Shown in pieces: positions 1 through 9,625 of a stretch of 64,000 nt of DNA. Numbering within the stretch: position 1 is the first letter of the stretch; the number at the start of each line of letters is the position of its first letter. A model generated the notes under the pieces. It saw nothing but the letters and a program-made list of their open reading frames with translations. It made no database searches and had not been told where the DNA came from. Both the position numbers and the translations under genes were made by a program. The stretch lies in IMG/VR virus record IMGVR_UViG_3300032268_000832, positions 62,001 to 126,000 of that record, one strand, 5' to 3'.

Positions 1-509
1 TCATTACCCTTGTCAAAATGTTGTGTTGTTACTGTGATACTAGAAGGTGAACCAGAATAAACACCAGTACCGCCACTCCAATTAAAACCTGTTTTTGGGT
101 TAACCCAGTTTGATGGTCCTGTTGAGTACAGATAATCACCGCTAGTTAATATTGGAACTTCGTAATCATAACCAACACCGTTATCCCAATCTTGGTTTAT
201 TTTAAAGAGTATTAAGTCAAACGAAGTAGCTCTATCTTTGGCAGCCATAGTACCGTTTAATAACCCAGTATCAAAAGATGCAGTGTTTGTAAGTCTAAGT
301 GTATGTTTTAATTTCGATAAATCAGTATAAGTACCACCAGTGTACAACTGTTTTAAATTAGTTTCATCAAAATGAAATAAAAATCTGCTATATTTTTCAA
401 TACCATCATAACCACCATAAAACAATTCAGTAACAGGATTTAAACCTGTGTTTGCTATTGTATTACTGATTATAGTATTATTTTTGTCGAAATATGTACG
501 TATTACCAT
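1..509 (-). CDS. Partial (runs off window) virion structural protein, DNRLRE-like beta-sandwich
   Basis: Not in the ORF track. ATG at 509 reads MVIRTYFDKNNTIISN...YSRFLFHFD...WDNGVG...GPSNW with no stop to position 1; late motif at 523-531. Confidence 0.6.
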   Translation of the reverse strand, partial: MVIRTYFDKNNTIISNTIANTGLNPVTELFYGGYDGIEKYSRFLFHFDETNLKQLYTGGTYTDLSKLKHTLRLTNTASFDTGLLNGTMAAKDRATSFDLILFKINQDWDNGVGYDYEVPILTSGDYLYSTGPSNWVNPKTGFNWSGGTGVYSGSPSSITVTTQHFDKGN

Positions 510-522
510 GTTTTGTTTTTAT

Positions 523-531
523 TATAAATAT
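523..531 (-). promoter_or_regulatory. Putative late promoter ATATTTATA
   Basis: Recurrent motif, 13 nt upstream of ATG 509. Confidence 0.65.
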
Positions 532-548
532 CACAAAACTTAATAAAA

Positions 549-1550
549 TTAATTGATTCTAATGTTTTTAGATAACATAGTTTCTTCAAGTTTGGCAGCG
601 TTCTTTTGAAATTCAAAAACAGCTTGTTTATTACCATCTATTGTTAAATCAGTTGGTGGTTTACCGTTACCGTTATGTACGTGTGATAAGAAAGCTTCTT
701 TAAGTAAAATAAGGTATTGTAATAACACGTCGCCAAATGGTAATTGATGAGCGGTGGTTAATATTTTTTCCAATTCATCTGTTGATATTAAATCAACGTT
801 ATTTGTAGTGTTAAAATTAGGTGAACCACCATGAGTTATAAAATTTATTTTATTTGATACGATATTGGTTACGCTACCTACTCTATCAGAAACTTCAGTT
901 TCAGTTAATTTTGGTAAATTAACTTTGTTTTTGATTTGAATATAAGCTTGAGTTTCCGTATTAAATTTAATAGGGTAAGGGTTTGTTTGTGTGATTTGAG
1001 ACTCCACAAATTTACCAGCTCTAATAACTATTTCATTATCTTTTTGTGTGATGTCTGTATTGTATCTACCTTGAATTGAAATATCGTTTGGGTTCGGGAA
1101 AACACCTTTTAATTCAGGAATATTAGCTGGTGTAACGTTTGGTGCCACTGGACCAAAGGTAAACCCAGCCAACGCAGTTGTTCTGGCAGAATCAAAACTA
1201 AGTTTATTTAACTGAGAAATAATTGGCCCGATATATAAACGGTCAGCGCTTTCTTTTTGTTTGTTTAGTAAAAAGATTAACACCATTTCACCCACTTTAG
1301 GTTTTATTGATAAGTGTTTTGGTAATAAAGGTAAACACCATGGTAAAGCGTCATATCCACTAACACCTTCACCTAATAACTCGTCATCACCACCAGTTGT
1401 GACTGAACCTTTTACCCAAACTTTAACTCTATCTAAACCCAAAGGGTCATCAACGGCCATAACCTCACCAAATTTTAAATATTGAAAATTTAATGGGTCG
1501 TTGTCGTTGTTTTTTACACCTCTAGTTAATCTATTACTACCTTCTAACAT
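549..1550 (-). CDS. Baseplate central spike (gp5/gpV-like)
   Basis: N-terminal OB-fold pattern GEV..VDDPLGLDRVKV...PWCLPL...PKVGEMV; C-terminal HxH (SHVH) spike-tip motif. Confidence 0.7.
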   Translation of the reverse strand: MLEGSNRLTRGVKNNDNDPLNFQYLKFGEVMAVDDPLGLDRVKVWVKGSVTTGGDDELLGEGVSGYDALPWCLPLLPKHLSIKPKVGEMVLIFLLNKQKESADRLYIGPIISQLNKLSFDSARTTALAGFTFGPVAPNVTPANIPELKGVFPNPNDISIQGRYNTDITQKDNEIVIRAGKFVESQITQTNPYPIKFNTETQAYIQIKNKVNLPKLTETEVSDRVGSVTNIVSNKINFITHGGSPNFNTTNNVDLISTDELEKILTTAHQLPFGDVLLQYLILLKEAFLSHVHNGNGKPPTDLTIDGNKQAVFEFQKNAAKLEETMLSKNIRIN

Positions 1551-1732
1551 TAAGCTTCGTTTTTAAGTCTTTTTAAAATAATTTTATTAGCACTTTCAAA
1601 TCGTTTTTCAATTTCGATTAATTTATCGTAATCTTGAACCATTTTTAATTTTAAAGCTTCATAATCAGCTTCCATTTGTTTTATTTCAAACAAGATTTCA
1701 TTGTTTGATTTTTCTTCTAAATCTTCATTCAT
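1550..1732 (-). CDS. Small coiled-coil hypothetical protein
   Basis: 60 aa ORF, stop overlaps start of spike gene. Confidence 0.6.
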   Translation of the reverse strand: MNEDLEEKSNNEILFEIKQMEADYEALKLKMVQDYDKLIEIEKRFESANKIILKRLKNEA

Positions 1733-1736
1733 AATA

Positions 1737-2204
1737 TTATCTAATTATTCCATTACCAATACCCATAGTTGTTGTAACACCTTGTATTAATACTGGCGCA
1801 CCTAAGTTTCCAATACCCACACCCATTATACCAACTCCAGGTGGGATGACAACATTAACAACACTTTCGGTTAATATGGCATTTATTATTTCCTCACATT
1901 GAATCGCTAACATAGCTTCAGAAGTGTTTGGACCGTCAGCAAAAACATCACCAACAACTAAACCAGCTTCTGATTGTCTAGAGATAATTCTAGAAGCAAT
2001 TTGTTTACTTGAAACCCCTGGTCTTAAATTACTACCAACCATAATCAATGGTGGTGGTAATGGTTCCACTGGTGTTTCTGGTAATTTAAATGCTGATAAA
2101 ATCATATTTAAAACACCGTATATTGATGTTAAATTAAAATTACTTTCTTTGTTTATTCCAGTTTCTGAAAATTTTTCTTTTACATTTTTACCTAAGTCAC
2201 TCAT
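1737..2204 (-). CDS. Hypothetical, probably baseplate/spike-associated protein
   Basis: Operonic; Gly-rich beta-strand C-terminus. Confidence 0.5.
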   Translation of the reverse strand: MSDLGKNVKEKFSETGINKESNFNLTSIYGVLNMILSAFKLPETPVEPLPPPLIMVGSNLRPGVSSKQIASRIISRQSEAGLVVGDVFADGPNTSEAMLAIQCEEIINAILTESVVNVVIPPGVGIMGVGIGNLGAPVLIQGVTTTMGIGNGIIR

Positions 2205-3625
2205 TATATTAAACCTTTTATTGTTCTTAAAGCCTCTTGTGAAACACCTACTAGGCTTAATAATTGTTGTTTTCTATTTTGGGTTTTTTCATTTAATTTA
2301 ATTAACGCTGCTTCACCTGCTAACCTAGTCACTTCTTTCATAGCATACGCCATTAATTCTTTAACAATAATTTGAGTAACTTCTTTAAATATTGCTGTGA
2401 ACAAACTTCTGTTCTTTTTTATAAAATCTTTAGCGTCAGTGTATTCAGCGTTTTCACCATATAATATTTTAAAATTAATTAAAAATATTATAATAATTTT
2501 TGGTGAAATAACAACATTAGCGATTGATTTGATTAAACTTTTTATCATATCACCAACAAAACTTATTTTGATAGTTTGTTTGTCTTGATTGTCTGGTGTT
2601 TGAGACGCTAAGTCTTCAGCCATGTTGTTTATAGAATTTGTGATAACTGTTCTTTTTTCAACTAAACTTGATGTTTGATTGTATTCATCAGTAAAACTAG
2701 TTAATTGTTCAATTGGCATCGACCCATTAAACGAAACGCTAGTTTTTAATTTTATTATACCATTTTTTCTATTGTTAGCAATTTCTTGTTGTCTAGCAAT
2801 TTCTGAATTTGTAAATGTAAAATAATCATCATTTATTTCACTATTAACATCAGCATTTGCTAACCTATCTATAATATCATTTATCTCGGTTTCTTTTTCT
2901 AATTGCTTTCTTGTTTTAGGAGTTTGAACCGTAATAGAACCAAATAATATATCGATAATTTTGTTTATGATATTTTGCGCGCCAATTATATTTAATGAAC
3001 CAACATAATTATCGTTTAATTGATTAATTGATTTATTATTATAACTTGGATTAACTTTTATGATTAATGAATTGTTTGGGTTATTTCCTGTACCGTTTTG
3101 TTCAAATTTAACATCTAAAATATTTTGCCATGTATGTGTTACATCAGGGTCTTGGATAACACCATATAAAAAAGTGTTAAAATCACTACTATCAGTTAAT
3201 GGTGATGTTATATCATTATATAATAAACCACCGACAGGTGTGTTAGGGTCTATTTTTAATTGGTCAAAAAAATCTATTTTATTAACACTAATCACCACTC
3301 CGTTACCAGATGGTGGTTTTAAAAAACTAGGTATACTTGGGTTTAGACCACAAGAAACCATACTTTTTAAAACTGTTTTTATTGTTTGTTTTAAATCTTT
3401 TTCAATTCTATCTAAATATTTTGTTAAAGTTTCAACAATCACCTTAACAAATTCTTTTTGACCCACCAAAGATTTAACCAAATCGCTTAAAAACAAAATA
3501 ATATCGTTCCCATTGTTTACCGATGGGAACGAATTAGTTGTTTTTAGTTTTGGTAACCCAGAAACCATTGTTTTTGCAGCGGCAATTTCACCAAAAACTT
3601 TTTGTTTTTTATCTTTGATACTCAT
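2204..3625 (-). CDS. Hypothetical late (probably structural) protein
   Basis: 473 aa ORF in late operon. Confidence 0.55.
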   Translation of the reverse strand: MSIKDKKQKVFGEIAAAKTMVSGLPKLKTTNSFPSVNNGNDIILFLSDLVKSLVGQKEFVKVIVETLTKYLDRIEKDLKQTIKTVLKSMVSCGLNPSIPSFLKPPSGNGVVISVNKIDFFDQLKIDPNTPVGGLLYNDITSPLTDSSDFNTFLYGVIQDPDVTHTWQNILDVKFEQNGTGNNPNNSLIIKVNPSYNNKSINQLNDNYVGSLNIIGAQNIINKIIDILFGSITVQTPKTRKQLEKETEINDIIDRLANADVNSEINDDYFTFTNSEIARQQEIANNRKNGIIKLKTSVSFNGSMPIEQLTSFTDEYNQTSSLVEKRTVITNSINNMAEDLASQTPDNQDKQTIKISFVGDMIKSLIKSIANVVISPKIIIIFLINFKILYGENAEYTDAKDFIKKNRSLFTAIFKEVTQIIVKELMAYAMKEVTRLAGEAALIKLNEKTQNRKQQLLSLVGVSQEALRTIKGLI

Positions 3626-3630
3626 CGTGG

Positions 3631-4014
3631 TTATTCGTCTGTTTCTGTGTTGTCGTGTTTATTCTTAAACAGTTCTCTAATTGATTTGAAATCATCTAAA
3701 GATACTTTTCCATCACTTCTTTCAGCGATAGCGGCATTAGCGTCCCCTCTATTCTTAATAATATCACTTTGTAATTTAGCAATTTCTAATTTTACTCTTA
3801 TTGCAGAATCTTTAACTTTAAGTAAGTTACCTTTTTCTTTTGCTATTTTAGTCAAATCATCAACCCCATCTGGGTTTACACCAGTTGTTAATTCGTTGAT
3901 TGTTCTTTGAACGTCGTTGATTTGTAAACACGCGTCATTATAAGTTTCTTGCATAAGACCTTCTAATGATTCGTTATTGTTTACTTTAACATCATGTTTT
4001 CTTTTTCTAGGCAT
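3631..4014 (-). CDS. Helical hypothetical protein, possibly terminase small subunit-like
   Basis: 127 aa, two long amphipathic helices, first gene after a late motif; function is a guess. Confidence 0.35.
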   Translation of the reverse strand: MPRKRKHDVKVNNNESLEGLMQETYNDACLQINDVQRTINELTTGVNPDGVDDLTKIAKEKGNLLKVKDSAIRVKLEIAKLQSDIIKNRGDANAAIAERSDGKVSLDDFKSIRELFKNKHDNTETDE

Positions 4015-4030
4015 TGTTATTAGTTTTTAT

Positions 4031-4039
4031 TATAAATAT
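4031..4039 (-). promoter_or_regulatory. Putative late promoter ATATTTATA
   Basis: Motif immediately after the sigma gene stop, 16 nt upstream of ATG 4014. Confidence 0.65.
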
Positions 4040-4768
4040 CTACAAGCCTCGTTTTGTTAAGATTTCATACAAATCTTTAAATCTTTTCATCGCAATACGT
4101 ATGTCTTTGGTTGAAAGATTTGTGTAATTTCTCATAGTTTCTAAAACAGAGTTTTTATTATATTTTGAACCACCGTCAAAACCTTCAAAAGCAGATTCCC
4201 AATTTTCCAATATGTAAATTAAGGCTAAACCTACTTTCTTTTCGTTTTCGTTTAGTTTCTTTTTTGGTGGTAGTTTTTCGTCGTTCATTTCTTCTTTGAT
4301 ACCTTCAATAAGGTTTAAGATGAAATCATCCATAACAAAACTATCATTATCAATTACATAAGTTAAATCTTGGCGTTCCTCAAAATCAGTCATCATATCT
4401 TCGTAAGATGATGTTTGTCTTAAGTGTTTTTCGTCTTTGATTAATAAACCTAATATATAATTTTTACTAATGGTCCCGAAGTATGAATAAGCTTTTTTAC
4501 CTCGTCCAGCTTCAAATTTATGTACTTTCGTCATCAAGAAAGAAACGGTGTCACTATGAAGTTCTTCATAAGTTTCACCCTTTCTATATAATTTATATCT
4601 CCTGATGATTGCTTCTATCATTTTATCCAAAGGGGCTTTTAACCATTCATTGAATATTAAATTTCTTTCGTTGGAATCTTCTGATTCTAAAAATCTGATA
4701 ACTGCTTCTTCTTCTTCGGGACCAAAATACATTTCATTTGTTCTTTTGCGTCCTCGTTTAGTAGCCAT
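4040..4768 (-). CDS. Phage late sigma factor (T4 gp55-like, region 2 only)
   Basis: EELHSDTVSFLMTKVHKF...KAYSYFGTISKNY resembles sigma region 2.2-2.4 (gp55 NPFAYFTQ-type motif). Confidence 0.65.
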   Translation of the reverse strand: MATKRGRKRTNEMYFGPEEEEAVIRFLESEDSNERNLIFNEWLKAPLDKMIEAIIRRYKLYRKGETYEELHSDTVSFLMTKVHKFEAGRGKKAYSYFGTISKNYILGLLIKDEKHLRQTSSYEDMMTDFEERQDLTYVIDNDSFVMDDFILNLIEGIKEEMNDEKLPPKKKLNENEKKVGLALIYILENWESAFEGFDGGSKYNKNSVLETMRNYTNLSTKDIRIAMKRFKDLYEILTKRGL

Positions 4769-4777
4769 TTATCATTC

Positions 4778-5572
4778 TTATACTTCATACGTTATTTTTC
4801 TATCATTAGCAAAATAATATTCTTTTTTAGCTGTTTGTAGCCACCATTTTGCTTCGGCTGGGTTCATAGTTTCTTTGTAACTAGAAAATAAAGATTTTGG
4901 TCTTTGATTTACGTGTTTATACCCAAATTTTGGTACTGTCATGATTCTAACATCTTTAAATGTTAATCTTAACAAGAATTCATAAATAAACGTTAATTTG
5001 ATACTAGGTTTAAGTTTACCCATATCTTCATAGGTTGATTTTCTAACCACCATTCCATCAATGTTAAAGTTTTGATAAGCTAACAAAGCGTTGTTATCTA
5101 AAACACCTAATTCATCTGAAAAACTATTAGCCCAAACAGCTTCGTTTGTAAAACCAATAAAACGACCTTCAGAATCAACATCGATAACAATTGGTAAGAA
5201 TAAATCTACATTAGGATGAGCTTCTCTGTATTCAACAGCGTTTTTAAACCAAATCTTAGCATATTCATCATCATACTCTAAGATAGAAATCCATTCTGAT
5301 TTAGCAGCAGCTACACCAAAGTTAATTTGTGAACAAAAATCTGTTTCACCGTCATTTTCGACAATAGTTACAATGTCTTTAATTTCACCAAAATCTAATT
5401 TTTTAACATATTTTGAAACATCGCTACCTTTAGGTGTAACAATGATAAGTTCATCAGGTCTAACAATTTGTAGTTCAACACTTTTAATTGCGTTAGATAA
5501 TGAATTTTTAGTCACGTCGTCTAATTCGTGAATTGGTAAAATTACCGAGATATCTGTTTTTTTATTTTCCAT
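4778..5572 (-). CDS. Glycosyltransferase family 2
   Basis: ISVILPIH start, N.GV..AKSEWISILEYDD (DxD-like). Confidence 0.8.
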   Translation of the reverse strand: MENKKTDISVILPIHELDDVTKNSLSNAIKSVELQIVRPDELIIVTPKGSDVSKYVKKLDFGEIKDIVTIVENDGETDFCSQINFGVAAAKSEWISILEYDDEYAKIWFKNAVEYREAHPNVDLFLPIVIDVDSEGRFIGFTNEAVWANSFSDELGVLDNNALLAYQNFNIDGMVVRKSTYEDMGKLKPSIKLTFIYEFLLRLTFKDVRIMTVPKFGYKHVNQRPKSLFSSYKETMNPAEAKWWLQTAKKEYYFANDRKITYEV

Positions 5573-5577
5573 TTTTA

Positions 5578-6726
5578 TTAAGCGTTTGTAGTTTCTTTTA
5601 GAGCGTCTTCAAATCTCTCTAAAGTTATTTTTAATTCTGAAGTTCTATTTTCAAAAATAGCCCCATATACATCAGTAATTGCTTGTTTTTGGTTTTCTAA
5701 AGTATAAAGACCTTTAGATTCAGCCATACCTTCTAATAAATCACTTGGCACCGCGTCTTCTAACCATATTTTTAAGTAAGTTGCAATTAATTCAGGTATG
5801 TTTAAAGTTGTGTTAGTCCAAACACCATTATTTTTTACTGAAACATCACCGTTTTCATCTACACTTTCTAACCACTCTGGAACCATATTAGGTATTTTTC
5901 CAATTACTGGTGTATTACATTCAATAGCTTCTAAAGGGAAGGTACCAAACCCAGCTTGGTCATCAATCCAAACAGCTAAACAACATTTTTCTAATTCTCT
6001 AGCGAATTTTTCTCTAGAAAAACCTCTTAATTCTTTAAAAGTAACCCATTTGTAAATAGGGAATTGTAAATAAAACGCTTTAGCTAATTTTGTTGCATCA
6101 CCAGCATTTCTAGTTAACAAAGCAACAACTGGTGTTTTAGGTTTATCTGAAGGTTTAAAATATTCAGGGATTGACACTGGAACAACGTGTGTCATAATTG
6201 AAGGGAAAAGAGATTTGATATAATCTGCTTGTTTTTTTGAAGTTGTAATAACATCATTAAATCCAAAATCAAAATCCCATTTTTTACCAATAGGTAAAAG
6301 TTCTAATAAATAATCATAACTTTGTGATAATACAATTTTTTTACATGGGAAGCTTTTTACTTGGTCCATAATATTCGCGAAGATTTCTGGGATTATAATA
6401 AAATCTGAAGGTGTAATCATTAGTTCTTGACCTTCAATAGATGCATGTGGTAATTGTGCGTATTCTTCGCCTAACCAATCTGCAACACCTTGCCCGTTTT
6501 CGTCACCTCTAAGTTTATAATCATTTTTTTCGTGTAAGATACTTGCGTTGTAACCTAATTCGTTAAGAATTTTTACATGTTCGTAAATGTTAGCAATACC
6601 TGCTGTTGGGTTACCTTTAGTATCCAACGTGAAAAAATACATTTTAAAATTTTTATTTTCTAAATTACCGATAATTTCTTTTAATTGAGAAATTTGGTTT
6701 TCAATTTGGTTTTTATTTTCTTCCAT
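5578..6726 (-). CDS. GT-B glycosyltransferase (GT4-like)
   Basis: AGIANIYEH N-terminal motif; GFGTFPLEAIECNTPVIG donor-binding motif. Confidence 0.75.
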   Translation of the reverse strand: MEENKNQIENQISQLKEIIGNLENKNFKMYFFTLDTKGNPTAGIANIYEHVKILNELGYNASILHEKNDYKLRGDENGQGVADWLGEEYAQLPHASIEGQELMITPSDFIIIPEIFANIMDQVKSFPCKKIVLSQSYDYLLELLPIGKKWDFDFGFNDVITTSKKQADYIKSLFPSIMTHVVPVSIPEYFKPSDKPKTPVVALLTRNAGDATKLAKAFYLQFPIYKWVTFKELRGFSREKFARELEKCCLAVWIDDQAGFGTFPLEAIECNTPVIGKIPNMVPEWLESVDENGDVSVKNNGVWTNTTLNIPELIATYLKIWLEDAVPSDLLEGMAESKGLYTLENQKQAITDVYGAIFENRTSELKITLERFEDALKETTNA

Positions 6727-6744
6727 TTTTTTTATTATTAATTA

Positions 6745-7116
6745 TTATTGTACCTCTACTAGTATTTCGTAGTGTATTAGTGTGTTAAAAGCTATTTTAT
6801 ATGAAATACTCATTTTATCTAAGGCTCTTTCAGAACCTAATTCTTCATCCATTTCATCTGTTTCATTTAAAACGATATCAATCATTTCTCTTAGTAGTTC
6901 GTACATTGTTTGTTGAATGTACATCTCTCTTTCTTTTTTTGTTGTTACAACTTCAGATGTAATTGTTTTACCCTTTTCATCTTTAATTTCTTTGGTTACC
7001 GATTCGGTAATGAAATTACCGTTTGGGTGGTCTATTTTAATAATTTCTGTGAACTTGTCCACGTCAAAATAATATACCGAACCACCAAAATCTAGCAGGT
7101 TATCATAGTTCTTCAT
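6745..7116 (-). CDS. Hypothetical protein
   Basis: 123 aa ORF overlapping upstream gene. Confidence 0.6.
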   Translation of the reverse strand: MKNYDNLLDFGGSVYYFDVDKFTEIIKIDHPNGNFITESVTKEIKDEKGKTITSEVVTTKKEREMYIQQTMYELLREMIDIVLNETDEMDEELGSERALDKMSISYKIAFNTLIHYEILVEVQ

Positions 7117-7732
7117 AAGTAGTGATTTTTGTGTTTAAAATTTTATTTCTTAAATCTTCATCGTTAATAAATTCTAAGATTGAATTTAGTTCATAATCAC
7201 CTTTTACATCATGATTATACGATGAATTAATTTTAACAGATATTTTACTGTTAGGTTTTTTTGAAAGCGAAATTGGGTTTGATGTGATTAAAACATCAGC
7301 GTCTCCCCATTCATCTTCATTGTCCTTAACAAATCTAATTTTATCAATTAAACATGCTGTTTTAGATAAAAAGAAAAAGGTTGATGGGATGCTTTTATCG
7401 ACTTCTCGACTTACTAATTCAATTTCATGTTCTTCATCATCTTTTATGTCTGATAAAAAACGATTAAAGTGAATCATCAACCCATCTGACATCAAATCAG
7501 CGTGACCAAAAATTTCTAGAGGTGCTTCTTTATAAAGAAACGTATTGAGTCTGTTGATGTCACCAAACTCAAAATGGTCTAATAAATTAAAACTGGTTAC
7601 ATCTTCAATTTCTACTTCTGAATATTTTTTACCTTCTTTTTCTAATTCTGGTACAATGTATTTTTCATAAGTATAAATGAATTGGCCAATATAATCTCGT
7701 AAAACCTCATTTATGCTAATAGCTATTTTCAT
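7103..7732 (-). CDS. HAD-fold 5'(3')-deoxyribonucleotidase-like protein with degenerate catalytic motif
   Basis: MKIAISINEVLRD matches NT5C-type IAIDxDxVL.D with both Asp replaced. Confidence 0.55.
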   Translation of the reverse strand: MKIAISINEVLRDYIGQFIYTYEKYIVPELEKEGKKYSEVEIEDVTSFNLLDHFEFGDINRLNTFLYKEAPLEIFGHADLMSDGLMIHFNRFLSDIKDDEEHEIELVSREVDKSIPSTFFFLSKTACLIDKIRFVKDNEDEWGDADVLITSNPISLSKKPNSKISVKINSSYNHDVKGDYELNSILEFINDEDLRNKILNTKITTYEEL

Positions 7733-7736
7733 AAAC

Positions 7737-7767
7737 GAAATTTACTGGCTAAATACCTATAAGTAAA
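7737..7767 (-). promoter_or_regulatory. Putative TTTAC-N18-TAnnTTTn promoter (near-leaderless)
   Basis: TTTAC 7767-7763, TAAATTTC 7744-7737, 4 nt before ATG 7732. Confidence 0.4.
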
Positions 7768-7781
7768 GTAAAAATAACTCT

Positions 7782-8663
7782 TTATTTAAAAAAATTAATA
7801 ATTTTTCTAATAAACGGCGAGCCACCCTCATTAATAACACTAGGTTGTGTTTTTATTACCTTATCAAGTTCAGGTACAAAATGTTGTTTCTTTTTATAGT
7901 TAGGATGTTCAAAAAGTCTTACGAAATACTTTGTAAGTCTGTGTCTAACAATTTCATCTTCAACAAATTCTACTATTGAAACACCTTCTTCTGGTAAATC
8001 TTTAATCATTTTAATTAGTTCACTTAAAGAACTATCTTCTTTCTTTTTAAGGTCTATTTGATTAGTATCACCTAATAAAACTATTCTAGTGTCTTCAGAA
8101 AAACGAGTAAGGAAAGTTTTAGCATTACCATCGTTTACGTTTTGAAATTCATCAAATAATAGAATGGTGTTGGCTAATGACCTACCTCTCAAAGAACCAA
8201 AAACTTCCATTTTAATATAACCAGCATCTAACATTTTATTTGTCAACTCTTCACCAATCAATTTGTAGAACGCGTCAAAAAATGACATCATGATAAATTT
8301 TAATTTATCACGCTCATCACCTGGCAACGTACCTAAATCTTCGTCTTTTAATTGAACTATTGATTTAACTAGTTTAATGTCGTGGTATTTATCTGGGTTT
8401 GTTTTAAGTAACAATAAAGCTTCAGCTACACTAAGAAGGGTTTTACCAGTACCAGCTGGGCCAATACAAACGGTTACATCACCATTTTTAATAGAATTAG
8501 TTAATTTCTTTTGAGTTTCGTTTTTGTGTTTTAAATCTATTTTAATTTGAGACAATAAATCTTGTTTAAGGTTAATTGTTGATTCTTTAGGTGAAACCGC
8601 TTTTTTAGCTCTAGTGGTTTTTGTGGTACCACTTTTTGGAGCTGGTGTAACTTTTCTAGTCAT
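7782..8663 (-). CDS. phoH: PhoH-family ATPase
   Basis: GPAGTGKT, LGTLPG, LRGRSL, DEFQN, GD..QID motifs. Confidence 0.9.
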   Translation of the reverse strand: MTRKVTPAPKSGTTKTTRAKKAVSPKESTINLKQDLLSQIKIDLKHKNETQKKLTNSIKNGDVTVCIGPAGTGKTLLSVAEALLLLKTNPDKYHDIKLVKSIVQLKDEDLGTLPGDERDKLKFIMMSFFDAFYKLIGEELTNKMLDAGYIKMEVFGSLRGRSLANTILLFDEFQNVNDGNAKTFLTRFSEDTRIVLLGDTNQIDLKKKEDSSLSELIKMIKDLPEEGVSIVEFVEDEIVRHRLTKYFVRLFEHPNYKKKQHFVPELDKVIKTQPSVINEGGSPFIRKIINFFK

Positions 8664-8678
8664 ACGCTTTTTTTATTA

Positions 8679-8686
8679 ATAAATAT
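8679..8686 (-). promoter_or_regulatory. Putative late promoter ATATTTAT
   Basis: Motif 15 nt upstream of phoH ATG. Confidence 0.55.
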
Positions 8687-8687
8687 C

Positions 8688-9623
8688 TTATTGTTTTATG
8701 TTAGGGTAGTTTTTTTCAAACCATTCAACTGTTTCTTTTATACCAACATCAAAAGGTGTAAATTTAAAATCTGGTAAATAACTCATTAACTTTGAGTTAT
8801 CACTAGGTTTTCTAAATTGTCCATCTGGTTTTGTTTTATCAAAAATAACATTACCTTTAAAATTCATAGCTTCTACGATAACACCAACAACATCTTTTAT
8901 TGAAATTTCTTCTGAAGTTGATAAAATGATTGGTTCTGATTCGTTATAATTTTCTAAAACCCATAAAGTTAATTCAGCGACATCTTTAGAATATATAAAC
9001 TCTCTAAGTGGTTGACCAGAACCCCAAATTTTTAAATCGGTACCGTTTTCTCTAGCCAAATAACATTTGTGAATCAAAGAAGGTATAACATGTCCGTTTT
9101 CAATGTCAAAATTGTCATTAGGACCATAAATATTTGTTGGTATTACCGAAGTATAGTTTAAACCATATTGTTCTCTATAAGCTCTTATTTGAACTTCTGA
9201 CATTCTTTTAGAATAAGCATACGCATCATTTGAATTGTGTGGTGGTCCTAAATGAATTTTAGATTCTGTTAATGGATATTCAATATCGTTAGGAAACACA
9301 CATGTCGATAAAAAGGCTACCAACTTTTTAACACCATATTTTCTAGCTGCTTCAATAACATTGGTATTAATCATGATGTTATCGTAAAAAAAATCACCTT
9401 TGTATTTCATGTTACCACCAACACCCCCAACTTTAGCCGCACAATGAATAATTTTATCAACAGCAAAATCTTTTTGTGTTTCTATATTAGTGTAAAAATT
9501 AAAAACGTCTTCAGTCTGTTTTTTATCTCTAAGGTCACAAACTTTAGATGTAATCGCAATTAAATCTCCTTTGAATTGTGAGCCAACTAATCCATTTGAA
9601 CCTGTTACTAATAATCTACCCAT
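8688..9623 (-). CDS. fcl: GDP-L-fucose synthase
   Basis: GSNGLVG, AAKVGG, LSTCVFP, YAYSK, PTNIYGPNDNF, HVIPSLI. Confidence 0.92.
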   Translation of the reverse strand: MGRLLVTGSNGLVGSQFKGDLIAITSKVCDLRDKKQTEDVFNFYTNIETQKDFAVDKIIHCAAKVGGVGGNMKYKGDFFYDNIMINTNVIEAARKYGVKKLVAFLSTCVFPNDIEYPLTESKIHLGPPHNSNDAYAYSKRMSEVQIRAYREQYGLNYTSVIPTNIYGPNDNFDIENGHVIPSLIHKCYLARENGTDLKIWGSGQPLREFIYSKDVAELTLWVLENYNESEPIILSTSEEISIKDVVGVIVEAMNFKGNVIFDKTKPDGQFRKPSDNSKLMSYLPDFKFTPFDVGIKETVEWFEKNYPNIKQ

Positions 9624-9625
9624 AA

